Notes: generated from the letters alone by a model not told the origin. A stretch of 54,527 bases of DNA from Flavobacterium sp. (GCA_020048955.1 JAIFLT010000044.1:1-54527), one strand, 5' to 3'; shown: positions 1-10,427, counted from the first letter of the stretch. Numbers and translations: made by a program.

Positions 1-376
1 AAAGTTTAAAATCCAATAAAAATATGTGCTCACGGACTTTTTAAAATTTTGGAATATAGTAATATTTTAACATTTTAAAAAGGAGTAAGTATTTATTTTT
101 GAGGTAGTTTAACCTTGTAATAAATTTCTCATGCGCATTTTGGGTTTATGAATATTATTGGTATTACTTGTTTTTAGTTACCACTTTTTGCTCTTAACGG
201 AGCCTAGCCCTAAGAGGTTAAATATTGGGTAGCAAGAATAGTTGGATTAGAAAATTTGTCCCGTTATAACTATGCGATTATTTTATTGGACTATTAGGTT
301 TTTTAAACTTTAAAATAAAAATAGTTATTAAAAAGTAAACTCTTGTAAGCAAGGTTTTTTATATCAAAATAAAGTG

Positions 377-384
377 TACCTTTG
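377..384 (+). promoter_or_regulatory. Bacteroidota housekeeping -7 promoter element for typA
   Basis: TACCTTTG matches TAnnTTTG, about 20 nt upstream of the ATG. Confidence 0.65.
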
Positions 385-403
385 CACATTCTAAAAAAAT
401 CAG

Positions 404-2200
404 ATGGAATCTATCAGAAACATTGCAATTATTGCCCACGTTGACCACGGTAAGACTACTTTGGTTGACAAAATTATGTACCATTGTCAACTTTTTCGTG
501 AAAATGAAAACACTGGTGACTTAATTCTTGACAACAACGATTTAGAGCGTGAAAGAGGTATTACTATTACTTCTAAAAACGTTTCGGTTGTTTATAAAGG
601 AACAAAAATTAATATTATTGACACTCCTGGTCACGCCGATTTTGGTGGAGAAGTGGAACGTGTTTTGAATATGGCTGATGGAGTTTGTCTATTAGTAGAT
701 GCCTTTGAAGGGCCTATGCCTCAAACTCGTTTTGTATTGCAAAAAGCAATTGATTTGGGATTAAAACCTTGTGTGGTTATCAATAAAGTAGATAAAGAAA
801 ATTGCACTCCAGAAGAAGTACATGAAAAAGTTTTCGATTTGATGTTTGAATTGGGTGCAGAAGAATGGCAGTTAGATTTTCCTACGGTTTATGGTTCTGC
901 TAAAAATAACTGGATGTCTGATCATTGGGAAAATATAACAGATAATATTGAGTCTTTATTAGATATGGTTGTAGAACATGTTCCTGCACCAAAAGTTTCT
1001 GAAGGCACACCACAAATGTTAATTACCTCTTTAGATTTCTCTTCATTTACAGGTCGTATTGCGATTGGTAGATTGGAAAGAGGAGTTCTTAAAGAAAGTA
1101 TGCCAATTTCTTTGGTTAAAAGAGATGGTACAATAATAAAATCAAGAATTAAAGAATTGCATACTTTTGAAGGTCTAGGTCGTAAAAAAGTGCAAGAAGT
1201 TATTGCTGGAGATATCTGTGCCATCGTTGGTGTTGAAGGATTTGAAATTGGTGATACTATTGCCGATTTTGAAAATCCAGAAGCATTGCAAACGATTGCA
1301 ATTGATGAGCCTACAATGAGTATGTTGTTTACCATCAACGATTCGCCTTTCTTTGGTAAAGAAGGTAAGTTTGTAACGTCAAGACACATTAGAGATAGAT
1401 TGACAAAAGAGTTGGAGAAAAACCTTGCTATGCGTATGGGCGAAACCGATTCTGCGGATAAATTTATGGTTTTTGGTCGTGGTGTACTGCACTTATCGGT
1501 GCTTATTGAAACCATGAGAAGAGAAGGTTACGAATTGCAAATTGGTCAACCACAAGTTATTATCAAAGAAATTGATGGAAAAAAATGTGAGCCAATTGAA
1601 GAATTGACCATTGATTTACCTGAAAATCTTTCAGGAAGAGCTGTTGAATTTGTTTCTATCCGAAAAGGTGAGATGCTTTCGATGGAAGGCAAAGGTGAGC
1701 GTATGATAGTGAAATTTAATATTCCTTCACGTGGAATTATTGGTTTGCGTAATCAATTACTTACTGCAACTGCTGGTGAGGCAATTATGTCACACCGTTA
1801 CATTGGATATGAACCCTATAAAGGTGAAATTCCAGGACGAAACAACGGTTCGTTAATTTCTATGGAAAACGGTAAAGCAATTCCTTATTCTATCGATAAA
1901 TTGCAAGATCGTGGTAAATTCTTTGTTAATCCAAATGATGAAATTTATGAAGGTCAAGTAATTGGAGAAAATTCTCGTAGTGATGATATGTGTATTAACG
2001 TTACCAAAGCTAAAAAACAATCGAACGTTCGTTCGTCTGGAAATGATGAAAAAGCTAGAATTATTCCACCAATCATTTTCTCTTTAGAAGAAGCTTTAGA
2101 GTACATTCAAAAAGATGAATATGTTGAGGTTACACCAAAAACTATTCGTTTGAGAAAAATATATTTAACTGAAAATGATAGAAAAAGATTTAAAATCTAA
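404..2200 (+). CDS. typA: Translational GTPase TypA/BipA
   Basis: AHVDHGKTT, ERERGITI, DTPGHADF and NKVD motifs; BipA C-terminus (SLEEALEYI...EVTPKTIRLRK). Confidence 0.98.
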   Translation: MESIRNIAIIAHVDHGKTTLVDKIMYHCQLFRENENTGDLILDNNDLERERGITITSKNVSVVYKGTKINIIDTPGHADFGGEVERVLNMADGVCLLVDAFEGPMPQTRFVLQKAIDLGLKPCVVINKVDKENCTPEEVHEKVFDLMFELGAEEWQLDFPTVYGSAKNNWMSDHWENITDNIESLLDMVVEHVPAPKVSEGTPQMLITSLDFSSFTGRIAIGRLERGVLKESMPISLVKRDGTIIKSRIKELHTFEGLGRKKVQEVIAGDICAIVGVEGFEIGDTIADFENPEALQTIAIDEPTMSMLFTINDSPFFGKEGKFVTSRHIRDRLTKELEKNLAMRMGETDSADKFMVFGRGVLHLSVLIETMRREGYELQIGQPQVIIKEIDGKKCEPIEELTIDLPENLSGRAVEFVSIRKGEMLSMEGKGERMIVKFNIPSRGIIGLRNQLLTATAGEAIMSHRYIGYEPYKGEIPGRNNGSLISMENGKAIPYSIDKLQDRGKFFVNPNDEIYEGQVIGENSRSDDMCINVTKAKKQSNVRSSGNDEKARIIPPIIFSLEEALEYIQKDEYVEVTPKTIRLRKIYLTENDRKRFKI

Positions 2201-2233
2201 TTCTTTAAATTTTTAAAAAACCATCAGTGAAAG

Positions 2234-2273
2234 TGAACATGCCCAAAAGTTAAACACAATTTGGGGCTTTTTT
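2234..2273 (+). mobile_element. IS3-family-like terminal inverted repeat remnant, doubling as the typA terminator hairpin
   Basis: TGAACATGCCCAAAAGTTAAACACAATTTGGGGC resembles IS3-type ends as I recall them (TGAACxGCxCCAAAAGTTxGACA); GCCCAAA/TTTGGGGC stem followed by a T-run. Confidence 0.45.
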
Positions 2274-2307
2274 CTTTAATTACAAAAAAAAAATCCTGAG
2301 CATAACG

Positions 2308-2417
2308 GAGGGCACTAAAAAACATCGCATAATTTGATTAGCGTCATTTTTTAGACAATAAGAAAACGCTTGTAACAGGATTTATATACTCCGTTTCAAG
2401 CGTTTTTCTTTTTAATA
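2308..2417 (+). repeat. Dispersed IS-end/MITE-like element, copy 1
   Basis: Begins GAGGGCACTAAAAA and contains an AAAACGCTTG...CAAGCGTTTT hairpin; aligns by eye to the reverse complement of 30441..30564. Confidence 0.55.
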
Positions 2418-2613
2418 TTGATTTTTAATGTTGGTTTAATAAGCCTATTTTGAGCTTACCTGGAGTCATTTTTGAGCAATACAGCAATAGGCTACATTTT
2501 TCTATATTAATTTCAGTATTCTTTTTAAGTTGACTGTAAAAATTGCGATTGCACCTTGCATTTGCATTAGATTATAAATTACTTTCAACTATTTATTAAA
2601 CAATTTAAAATCT

Positions 2614-2621
2614 TATATTTG
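2614..2621 (+). promoter_or_regulatory. -7 promoter element for ychF
   Basis: TATATTTG matches TAnnTTTG. Confidence 0.65.
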
Positions 2622-2698
2622 CACACTTTTAAAAAATAACATTCATAAATGAAACGCTAATGCGTTACCTATCACAAATAAAATAATATCAAAGAGAT

Positions 2699-3793
2699 AT
2701 GAAAGCAGGAATTGTAGGATTACCCAATGTTGGAAAATCAACGTTATTTAATTGTTTGTCTAATGCAAAAGCCCAAAGTGCCAACTTTCCTTTTTGCACC
2801 ATTGAACCAAATATTGGCGTGGTTAATGTTCCTGATACCAGAATTGCTAGATTAGAAGAATTAGTAAAACCAGAGCGTGTTCAAATGGCTACCGTTGATA
2901 TTGTTGACATTGCCGGACTCGTAAAAGGTGCCTCAAAAGGAGAAGGTTTAGGAAATCAATTTCTTGGAAATATTAGAGAATGTAACGCTATCATTCATGT
3001 GTTGCGTTGTTTTGATAACGATAATATTGTGCATGTAGATGGCAATGTAAACCCCATTCGCGATAAAGAAACCATCGATATCGAATTGCAATTAAAAGAT
3101 TTAGAAACCGTTGAAAAACGATTAGAAAAAGTAAATCGTGCAGCAAAAACTGGAAATAAAGAAGCGCAAGCTGAAAAAGCACTTTTAGATAGAATTCGCG
3201 AAACATTGTTGCAAGCAAAATCAGCTAGAACAGTTGTTCCTCAAAATCAAGATGAAGAAGAATTAATGCAAGATTTTCAGTTAATTACTAACAAACCAGT
3301 GCTATATGTTTGCAATGTTGACGAAAGTTCAGCAGTAAACGGAAACCAATATGTAGATCAAGTTCGTGAATTAGTAAAAGACGAAGATGCAGAAGTGATC
3401 ATCCTTTCAGTAGGAGCAGAAGCTGATATTACCGAATTAGAAAGTTACGAGGAAAGGCAAGTTTTCCTTGAAGATATGGGATTGACTGAGCCAGGTTCGG
3501 CAGTTTTAATTCGTGCCGCTTACAAATTATTAAAGCAACAAACCTACTTCACAGCAGGAGTTAAAGAAGTTCGCGCTTGGACAATTAACGTTGGCGATAC
3601 TGCACCAAAAGCGGCAGGAGTAATCCACACCGATTTTGAAAAAGGATTCATTCGTGCTGAAGTTATTGCATTCGAAGATTATTCTGCATTAGGTTCAGAA
3701 GCTAAATGTAAAGAAGCCGGAAAATTGCGTGTCGAAGGAAAAGAATACATCGTTAAAGATGGAGACGTGATGCATTTTAGGTTTAATGTTTAG
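2699..3793 (+). CDS. ychF: Ribosome-binding ATPase YchF
   Basis: GIVGLPNVGKSTLFN, NFPFCTIEPN, DIAGLVKGASKGEGLGNQFL; C-terminal TGS domain. Confidence 0.98.
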   Translation: MKAGIVGLPNVGKSTLFNCLSNAKAQSANFPFCTIEPNIGVVNVPDTRIARLEELVKPERVQMATVDIVDIAGLVKGASKGEGLGNQFLGNIRECNAIIHVLRCFDNDNIVHVDGNVNPIRDKETIDIELQLKDLETVEKRLEKVNRAAKTGNKEAQAEKALLDRIRETLLQAKSARTVVPQNQDEEELMQDFQLITNKPVLYVCNVDESSAVNGNQYVDQVRELVKDEDAEVIILSVGAEADITELESYEERQVFLEDMGLTEPGSAVLIRAAYKLLKQQTYFTAGVKEVRAWTINVGDTAPKAAGVIHTDFEKGFIRAEVIAFEDYSALGSEAKCKEAGKLRVEGKEYIVKDGDVMHFRFNV

Positions 3794-3805
3794 ATAAAAG
3801 AGAAA

Positions 3806-3830
3806 GTCCTTCGACAAGCTCAGGATGGCA
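3806..3830 (+). repeat. REP-like short interspersed repeat (CTTCGACAAGCTCAG family)
   Basis: GTCCTTCGACAAGCTCAGGATGGCA just after the ychF stop; motif recalled as a common Bacteroidota intergenic repeat. Confidence 0.55.
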
Positions 3831-3844
3831 ATAGAGAATACACT

Positions 3845-3873
3845 AACCGCAAAAGAGATTTTGCGGTTTTTTT
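3845..3873 (+). terminator. Intrinsic terminator of ychF
   Basis: AACCGCAAAA-gaga-TTTTGCGGTT followed by a T-run. Confidence 0.85.
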
Positions 3874-4016
3874 GAGCCTATTTCCAGCTTTACATTACAA
3901 GTTTTAGGGTTTTTGCACCATTTTTCTACCTTTTTTAAGGAGCTTCTTAGGTCGCTCTTAAAAAACAAGAAAAATAAGCACAAAAACCCTAAAAGCTTTC
4001 CATTTCAATCTGGGGC
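3874..4016 (+). ncRNA. Flavo-1-like structured RNA/repeat with extended central hairpin
   Basis: Flanks GAGCCTATTTCCAGCTTTACATTACAAG ... CTTTCCATTTCAATCTGGGGC resemble the Flavo-1 motif from memory; perfect 14-bp inner IR TTTTAGGGTTTTTG/CAAAAACCCTAAAA plus nested stems. Confidence 0.55.
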
Positions 4017-4030
4017 AGGGCACCACGTTT

Positions 4031-4044
4031 TGGCACAACATTTG
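4031..4044 (+). promoter_or_regulatory. Sigma54-like -24/-12 element
   Basis: TGGCAC-N5-TTG, about 23 nt upstream of the 4067 ATG. Confidence 0.5.
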
Positions 4045-4066
4045 TAGTTTCTTCAAAAAATCTACC

Positions 4067-4732
4067 ATGAAAAACTACCTCATCCTTTTTGCTGCAACAC
4101 TTTTGTTTACATCTTGCAAAGACGCAACGCTCAACAACAGTTTCATCTATTTTTCAGAAGCCCAACCCGCAAATGTGGATACAATTTCACAATTCCCAAA
4201 AAAATATGTAGGCACTTATTCCATGGACTATTCCCATCAATTAGTCATTAAACCAAAACACATTTACATCAACGAAATTGAAACCGTTACTCTGCTTAAA
4301 TCTGAGTTAGATTCTATTGCCAAATTTCAATTGCGCAACAACCAAGTAGTTGATTTGTCAGAAAATAAAACCTATAAAACATTCATAAAAGGCGATACCA
4401 TTGCTTTTGAAATCGAACATTTAGACACCCTGTTTTCCTTCGCAAAAAACGAAACCGCAAAAGAATACAAATCGGCTTTAATTCTAAATAAAAAAATAAA
4501 TGACAACTATGTAACTAGTATCATCAAGGTTTCAAGCATTGGCATGCGACACATTCAACTCGGTACCAAAAAAGACTTTACCAAATTAAAAACAGAATTA
4601 AACATTCCCTTTCAAGCTACCATACTAGAAAACGACACCACAAGCGTGCTATTAACTCCCTCACGAGCCCATTTTAGAAAACTACTACGCAAAGACGGTT
4701 TTGAATATGAAAGCAGTTATTTGTTCAGGTAA
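4067..4732 (+). CDS. Hypothetical lipoprotein
   Basis: 221-aa ORF; signal peptide with lipobox LFTS-C. Confidence 0.8.
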   Translation: MKNYLILFAATLLFTSCKDATLNNSFIYFSEAQPANVDTISQFPKKYVGTYSMDYSHQLVIKPKHIYINEIETVTLLKSELDSIAKFQLRNNQVVDLSENKTYKTFIKGDTIAFEIEHLDTLFSFAKNETAKEYKSALILNKKINDNYVTSIIKVSSIGMRHIQLGTKKDFTKLKTELNIPFQATILENDTTSVLLTPSRAHFRKLLRKDGFEYESSYLFR

Positions 4733-4937
4733 AAGTTTTAACGACTTCAATATGAATGTATTTCAATTGTATCGAAGAACATCATTTGTCTATTTTGTCT
4801 TTATCAACAAATTTTAGTAATCTTTCATTTATCCTTTGTTTTTCTAGGTTCTTAACCGCATTTTGTCAATAACTTCTCTATTTTTCACTTAAATTATTTA
4901 GAGATAAATATTAAATTGCACAAAATCAAAAATTCTC

Positions 4938-6794
4938 ATGCAAGAGCAAGATCAATATACCGAAGACAACATTCGTTCCCTCGATTGGAAAGAACACATC
5001 CGAATGCGTCCCGGAATGTACATTGGGAAACTTGGCGATGGTTCGTCTCCAGATGACGGAATTTATATTTTACTTAAAGAAGTAATCGACAACTGCATCG
5101 ACGAATTCGTTATGGGTGCAGGAAAAGTTATCGAAGTAACCATCAAAGATAAATTGGTAACCGTTCGCGATTATGGTCGAGGCATTCCACTAGGCAAAGT
5201 AGTTGACGTAGTTTCTAAAATGAATACTGGTGGAAAATACGATTCTAAAGCCTTTAAAAAATCGGTTGGTTTGAATGGAGTTGGTACCAAAGCGGTTAAT
5301 GCTTTGTCTAATTATTTCCGTGTAGAATCGGTTCGTGATAACCAACAAAAAGCAGCCGAATTCTCTGAAGGAAATCTTCAGTTAGAAGAAGAAATCACTG
5401 AATCTACAAAGCGTAAAGGAACAAAAGTTGCCTTTATTGCAGACGAAGCTATTTTTAAAAACTATAAATACCGAAATGAGTATATTATCAAAATGCTCAA
5501 AAATTATTGTTATCTAAATCGCGGATTAACAATATATTATAACGGAGAAAAATACCTTTCAGAATTTGGTTTAAAAGACTTGCTAGAAGAAACAATTGCC
5601 GAAGACGATATGCAATATCCAATCATTCATTTAGAAGGTGATGATATCGAAATTGCACTAACACATAGTAAATCACAATATTCTGAAGAATACCATTCGT
5701 TTGTAAACGGACAAAATACAACACAAGGTGGAACGCACTTAAACGCCTTTCGTGAAGCGATTGTAAAAACTATTCGTGAATATTACAACAAAGGTTTTGA
5801 AGCTTCAGATATTCGTAAATCAATCGTTTCTGCGGTTTCTATAAAAGTAGAAGAACCCGTTTTTGAAAGCCAGACTAAAACCAAATTGGGTTCCAATGAT
5901 GTAGGTCCAAATGGTCCGACGGTTAGAACCTTTATTCACGATTTTATTACTACTAAATTAGACAATTTTTTACATAAAAACCCCGAAGTTGCTGATTCGC
6001 TTTTGCGTAAAATTTTACAAGCTGAAAGAGAACGAAAAGAACTATCAGGCATTAGAAAATTAGCCAAAGACCGAGCCAAAAAAGCCAGTTTGCACAATAA
6101 AAAACTAAGGGATTGCCGAGTTCATTTAACCGATGCTAAAAATCCACGAAGTTTAGAGAGCACGCTTTTTATTACCGAAGGAGATTCGGCTTCGGGTTCG
6201 ATTACCAAAAGTCGTGATGTCAATACACAAGCGGTTTTTAGTTTGCGTGGTAAACCTTTGAATTCTTATGGAATGTCAAAGAAAATTGTTTATGAAAACG
6301 AAGAGTTCAATTTGCTTCAAGCCGCATTAGATATTGAAGAAAGCATTGAAGATTTGCGTTACAACAACATCGTAATTGCCACCGATGCCGATGTAGATGG
6401 AATGCACATCCGTTTGTTATTAATTACCTTTTTCCTTCAATTTTTCCCAGAAATGATTAAAGAAGGACATTTGTATATTTTGCAAACGCCTTTATTCCGT
6501 GTGCGAAATAAAAAAGAAACCATCTATTGTTATTCAGACGAAGAACGAAGAGATGCCATAGAAAAACTAAAACCAAAACCCGAAATTACCCGATTTAAAG
6601 GATTAGGAGAAATTTCGCCCGATGAGTTTAAGCATTTCATTGGTGAGAGCATCCGTTTAGACCCAGTAATGCTAGACAAAGCCACCTCTATTGAAACGCT
6701 ACTAGAGTTTTATATGGGTAAAAATACGCCCGATAGACAAACCTTCATCATCAATAATTTGAAAGTGGAATTGGATGTGGTGGAGAAAAGTTAA
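4938..6794 (+). CDS. parE: DNA topoisomerase IV subunit B
   Basis: GHKL ATPase ([16 protein letters not shown]) and Toprim motifs (EGDSA, LRGKPLN, TDADVDG); partner A subunit downstream. Confidence 0.93.
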   Translation: MQEQDQYTEDNIRSLDWKEHIRMRPGMYIGKLGDGSSPDDGIYILLKEVIDNCIDEFVMGAGKVIEVTIKDKLVTVRDYGRGIPLGKVVDVVSKMNTGGKYDSKAFKKSVGLNGVGTKAVNALSNYFRVESVRDNQQKAAEFSEGNLQLEEEITESTKRKGTKVAFIADEAIFKNYKYRNEYIIKMLKNYCYLNRGLTIYYNGEKYLSEFGLKDLLEETIAEDDMQYPIIHLEGDDIEIALTHSKSQYSEEYHSFVNGQNTTQGGTHLNAFREAIVKTIREYYNKGFEASDIRKSIVSAVSIKVEEPVFESQTKTKLGSNDVGPNGPTVRTFIHDFITTKLDNFLHKNPEVADSLLRKILQAERERKELSGIRKLAKDRAKKASLHNKKLRDCRVHLTDAKNPRSLESTLFITEGDSASGSITKSRDVNTQAVFSLRGKPLNSYGMSKKIVYENEEFNLLQAALDIEESIEDLRYNNIVIATDADVDGMHIRLLLITFFLQFFPEMIKEGHLYILQTPLFRVRNKKETIYCYSDEERRDAIEKLKPKPEITRFKGLGEISPDEFKHFIGESIRLDPVMLDKATSIETLLEFYMGKNTPDRQTFIINNLKVELDVVEKS

Positions 6795-6804
6795 ATTATA
6801 AAAT

Positions 6805-7212
6805 ATGGAACATCAAGATATTCGCTGGAAACAACGTTTTGAAAATTTTGAGAATGCATTTATTAGTTTTAAGGAAGCCGTTGAAGAGCATGGCACAACA
6901 ACCAATGAATTAATAAAAGCAGGAATTATTCAAAGATTTGAATTTACCCATGAACTTTCATGGAAAGTAATGAAAGACTTTTTAATTTTTGAAGGAATTC
7001 AAAATATAATTGGGTCAAGGAGTGCCGTTCGAGAAGCTTTAAATAAAAATCTAATTACAGATGGAGAAATTTGGATGGAAATGATTGAAACAAGAAATAT
7101 AACCGTTCATACCTATGATGAAGAAATTCTAAATAAAGAATTTATTAAAATTGTCAATGATTATTATCGGTTATTGTTTGATTTTTATAGAATGATGAAA
7201 AAATATTTATAA
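6805..7212 (+). CDS. HEPN-domain protein (HI0074-like nucleotidyltransferase substrate-binding; HepT-type toxin)
   Basis: IIQRFEFTHELSWK and an RX4HXY motif (RNITVHTY); stop overlaps the MNT start. Confidence 0.88.
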   Translation: MEHQDIRWKQRFENFENAFISFKEAVEEHGTTTNELIKAGIIQRFEFTHELSWKVMKDFLIFEGIQNIIGSRSAVREALNKNLITDGEIWMEMIETRNITVHTYDEEILNKEFIKIVNDYYRLLFDFYRMMKKYL

Positions 7213-7511
7213 TGTTTGGATTGTACCCTAATTCATATAAAGAAATTATTTCAATCCTTGAAAAACATGAAAGTATTGAGAAAGTAGTTATCTATGGTTC
7301 ACGTGCCAAAGGAAATTATCGGGAAGGTTCGGATATTGATTTTACTCTTTTTGGAACAATAGAATGTGATGAATTAATTCAATTAAAAAACGAATTTGAA
7401 GAAAGTTATATTCCTTATTTGTTTGATATTTCAATTTATAAGGATTTACAATCAGAAAGTTTAAAAGAACATATAGATAGAGTGGGTAAAATATTTTATA
7501 AGAGAAAATAA
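7212..7511 (+). CDS. Minimal nucleotidyltransferase (MntA-type antitoxin)
   Basis: GSX10DXD motif (YGSRAKGNYREGSDID); 99 aa. Confidence 0.9.
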   Translation: MFGLYPNSYKEIISILEKHESIEKVVIYGSRAKGNYREGSDIDFTLFGTIECDELIQLKNEFEESYIPYLFDISIYKDLQSESLKEHIDRVGKIFYKRK

Positions 7512-7520
7512 TTTATAAAA

Positions 7521-7715
7521 TTGAGCAAATTAAGTAATGAAAATAAATATATAACCTTACTATTATTTTTGATAATTTCAATAACCGCCATACTATTTAT
7601 TGATTTCTCCAATGACCATAAAGAGTGTACAACGCAAACAAAAATAAGTAAAGATAAACAAGGCAATCAAGTTAAAGAATTGATGCATCAATGCTATGAA
7701 AAATATAATTTCTAA
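7521..7715 (+). CDS. Small membrane-anchored protein with two Cys
   Basis: 64 aa, one hydrophobic helix; coding status supported by a recognisable paralog at 10428..10631. Confidence 0.65.
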   Translation: MSKLSNENKYITLLLFLIISITAILFIDFSNDHKECTTQTKISKDKQGNQVKELMHQCYEKYNF

Positions 7716-7768
7716 CCAATAAAATAAACCAACAAATTAATTTTCTAATTAATTCAAAACCATAAATT

Positions 7769-9916
7769 TTGGAAACATTATCCCTTTTTAACTCCCTTAA
7801 CAATCGCCAAATTGAAGCCGTAAAAGCCGAACAAAAACGAATTTTGGTCTTGGCAGGTGCGGGTTCGGGGAAAACTAAAACGTTACTTCAAAAAATAAAA
7901 TATTTAGTTGAAGTAAAAAAAGTGCAACCTTCCGAAATTTTAGCTATTACTTTCACTAAAAATGCTGCCAATGAAATGTTGGATAGATTAATCATCGAGT
8001 CGGACAAAACCGGTATTTATGAAACCCTAATTTTTGACAAAAAACTACCAATTGCAGAAAAAAACAGGCAACGATTTTTGTATGTAAAAAAATTCAAATG
8101 GATAGATAATCTAACTATTAGAACATTTCATAGTTTGTGCTACAAGATTATGCAAAGTTATGGGGTAAAAGAATTTGATAATAAATTCAAAATTATTTCG
8201 GAAGATAAAAAAAAGGAGGAAGACCCCATGTTTAAACTGGTTGCTCCCGAAACAACTTTTGAAGTTTTTCATAAAATCATCATCAGAAATTGTGAAAAAA
8301 ATAATGACTATCTGCTTTCGCTCAAAAAATATATTCTAGATTATATTGTAGATAAAATTCAGTTAGATAAACATAAAAAACTAAATTCCTATCCCGAAGG
8401 AAAAATATATACTACGCTACGTGGCGAAAAAGTGCGCTCAAAATCAGAACAATACATCTCAGATTGGTTGTTTCGTCATAACATTGGTTATCAATATGAA
8501 CCTCAAATTAATGTAAAAGATTTTGGTTTTAAACCCGATTTTTATATAGAAGATGCGAATATTTATTTAGAACACATTAGCGATAAAAGCTATCCTTCAA
8601 AAAACAAAGCCGAGCAGTTTGAAAAAGGGAATATCTTGTGTGTAAAAACCTATGAAAAAATGACCGAAGACACGGCACTTTTTAACCATTCGCTTGATAA
8701 AATCATTAAAGGTCGGCTTTCAGAAAATTATATTTCAGACCGAATTTTGTCTTATCAAGAAGAATTTAATTGCTATCAAGAAGAAGTAAAAGACTTTATT
8801 TTTCAGGCCATTAGAATTTGCGATATGCTAAAAGTGGAAGATGCTAATTGGGATGAAATTTTTAATAAATCGCAAGACGATCAGCACGAACGCATTCGTA
8901 TTTTTTATCAATTAGTGATGCCATTGGTAAAAGAATTTCAAAATTATTGTGTTGACAAATCCTATCTCGATTTTAATGATATGATTATCAGAACCGTATC
9001 ACTTTTTAAAAAACACAAAGACATATTGCAAAAATTTCAAAACCAATATCAATATGTTTTGGTTGATGAATTTCAGGACGTGAATAATTTGCAAGTAGAA
9101 TTAATAAAACAATTAATTACGCCAAAAACCCAACTTTTTTGTGTGGGCGATGACTGGCAAAGTATTTATGGTTTTAGAGGTTCCAATGTGGACTGTATTG
9201 TAAATTTTGGTACTCATTTTAAACAGTCAAAAACCATCAAACTTAATCTCAATTATAGAAGCACACAAAGTATAGTAGGTGCTAGTAATGAAGTGATTAA
9301 GCACAATAAATTCAAAATCGAGAAAGAAATATTTGCTTCAAAAATATCTGAATTTAAAATTGTGGAATTTGCCGGAAATAATCAGGAAGAAAATTTAGAT
9401 TTTTGCTTGGCACGCATTCGAGAATTATTGGATAATGGATATAAAAATGACGATATTTTATTTTTGTATCGAAGAAGTAAAATGTATCATCCTTATTTTG
9501 TGGCTTTTAGAAATGAAAACATTAAAGTTCAAAACAAGACCATACATGCTTCAAAAGGATTAGAAGCCAAAGCCGTTTTTATCGTTGGGCTAACAGATGG
9601 TTATGGAGGTTTTCCTGATATTTGGCTCGAAGATAGAATTTTTCAAGTCATCAAAACCGCCAATCATGATAGTTTGATGGAAGAAGAAAGAAGATTGTTT
9701 TATGTTGCCATTACTCGTGCCAAAGACCAACTCTATTTAATAACCGAAAAGGGTAATACTTCACGGTTTTTAAAAGAAATTCCAGACGAGTTTAAAACTT
9801 CATTATCAGAAACATACACACATAAAGAAAATTTTATACTGTGCAAAAAGTGTAGCAAACAAATAGAAAAAATGCATCAATTTTGTCCGTTTTGTGGGAA
9901 GAAGAGAATTAAATAA
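7769..9916 (+). CDS. UvrD/helicase IV (HelD)-like SF1A helicase with nuclease-like insertion and C-terminal zinc ribbon
   Basis: AGAGSGKT, ITFT, VDEFQD, GDDWQSIYGFRG, NYRS, TIHASKGLE and EERRLFYVAITRA; insertion RSKSE...YQYEP...KPDFY...YLEH; CKKC...CPFC; TTG start. Confidence 0.88.
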   Translation: METLSLFNSLNNRQIEAVKAEQKRILVLAGAGSGKTKTLLQKIKYLVEVKKVQPSEILAITFTKNAANEMLDRLIIESDKTGIYETLIFDKKLPIAEKNRQRFLYVKKFKWIDNLTIRTFHSLCYKIMQSYGVKEFDNKFKIISEDKKKEEDPMFKLVAPETTFEVFHKIIIRNCEKNNDYLLSLKKYILDYIVDKIQLDKHKKLNSYPEGKIYTTLRGEKVRSKSEQYISDWLFRHNIGYQYEPQINVKDFGFKPDFYIEDANIYLEHISDKSYPSKNKAEQFEKGNILCVKTYEKMTEDTALFNHSLDKIIKGRLSENYISDRILSYQEEFNCYQEEVKDFIFQAIRICDMLKVEDANWDEIFNKSQDDQHERIRIFYQLVMPLVKEFQNYCVDKSYLDFNDMIIRTVSLFKKHKDILQKFQNQYQYVLVDEFQDVNNLQVELIKQLITPKTQLFCVGDDWQSIYGFRGSNVDCIVNFGTHFKQSKTIKLNLNYRSTQSIVGASNEVIKHNKFKIEKEIFASKISEFKIVEFAGNNQEENLDFCLARIRELLDNGYKNDDILFLYRRSKMYHPYFVAFRNENIKVQNKTIHASKGLEAKAVFIVGLTDGYGGFPDIWLEDRIFQVIKTANHDSLMEEERRLFYVAITRAKDQLYLITEKGNTSRFLKEIPDEFKTSLSETYTHKENFILCKKCSKQIEKMHQFCPFCGKKRIK

Positions 9917-9926
9917 ATAAAAGCAA

Positions 9927-10385
9927 ATGAGTAAAAAAAAACAACCGAAGCAACTATCACCTGAAAATTATATCAAAATTAAGGCAAGAACATTACCAAT
10001 TGATGCCTGTTATATAAACAATGATTGGATAGATTCCAAAATGGCAAACATAATTATTTTAAGAAAACACACCACAGGAAAATTTACATTTGGAATATAT
10101 TTAGTTGATTTACTAGCATTGGGTACTAAAGATACTTTTTTTAATTTTAGCCAGCCAATTCAAATAGTTGATGATATTTTGTCAAGAGCAAATTTTATTC
10201 AAATTGAATATAATTTAGCTCATAACATTATTTACGGAGGAAATGAGTTTGCAGAAGAGCATGGTTTTAAAATACATAAAGCCTTTAATAGTGTAACAAA
10301 ATATATTTTGGAACCAGATGACGACAACATTCCACTAATTGAAGTTGAGTTTGGAAAGGATGGTAAACCTTTGGTAATTATTTAA
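9927..10385 (+). CDS. Hypothetical protein
   Basis: 152-aa ORF 10 nt after the helicase stop; no catalytic motif recognised. Confidence 0.8.
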   Translation: MSKKKQPKQLSPENYIKIKARTLPIDACYINNDWIDSKMANIIILRKHTTGKFTFGIYLVDLLALGTKDTFFNFSQPIQIVDDILSRANFIQIEYNLAHNIIYGGNEFAEEHGFKIHKAFNSVTKYILEPDDDNIPLIEVEFGKDGKPLVII

Positions 10386-10427
10386 TAGTGAAACTAATTA
10401 ATAGTAAGTTTGACAATTAATTAAAAA

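Noticed and set aside
922-1515. 197-aa antisense ORF in typA, and similar shadow ORFs inside ychF, parC, fhs, kup, menD, cvfB, uvrA and the GH genes
   Set aside because: They lie wholly opposite or within well-supported genes, have no motifs, and are expected from codon bias
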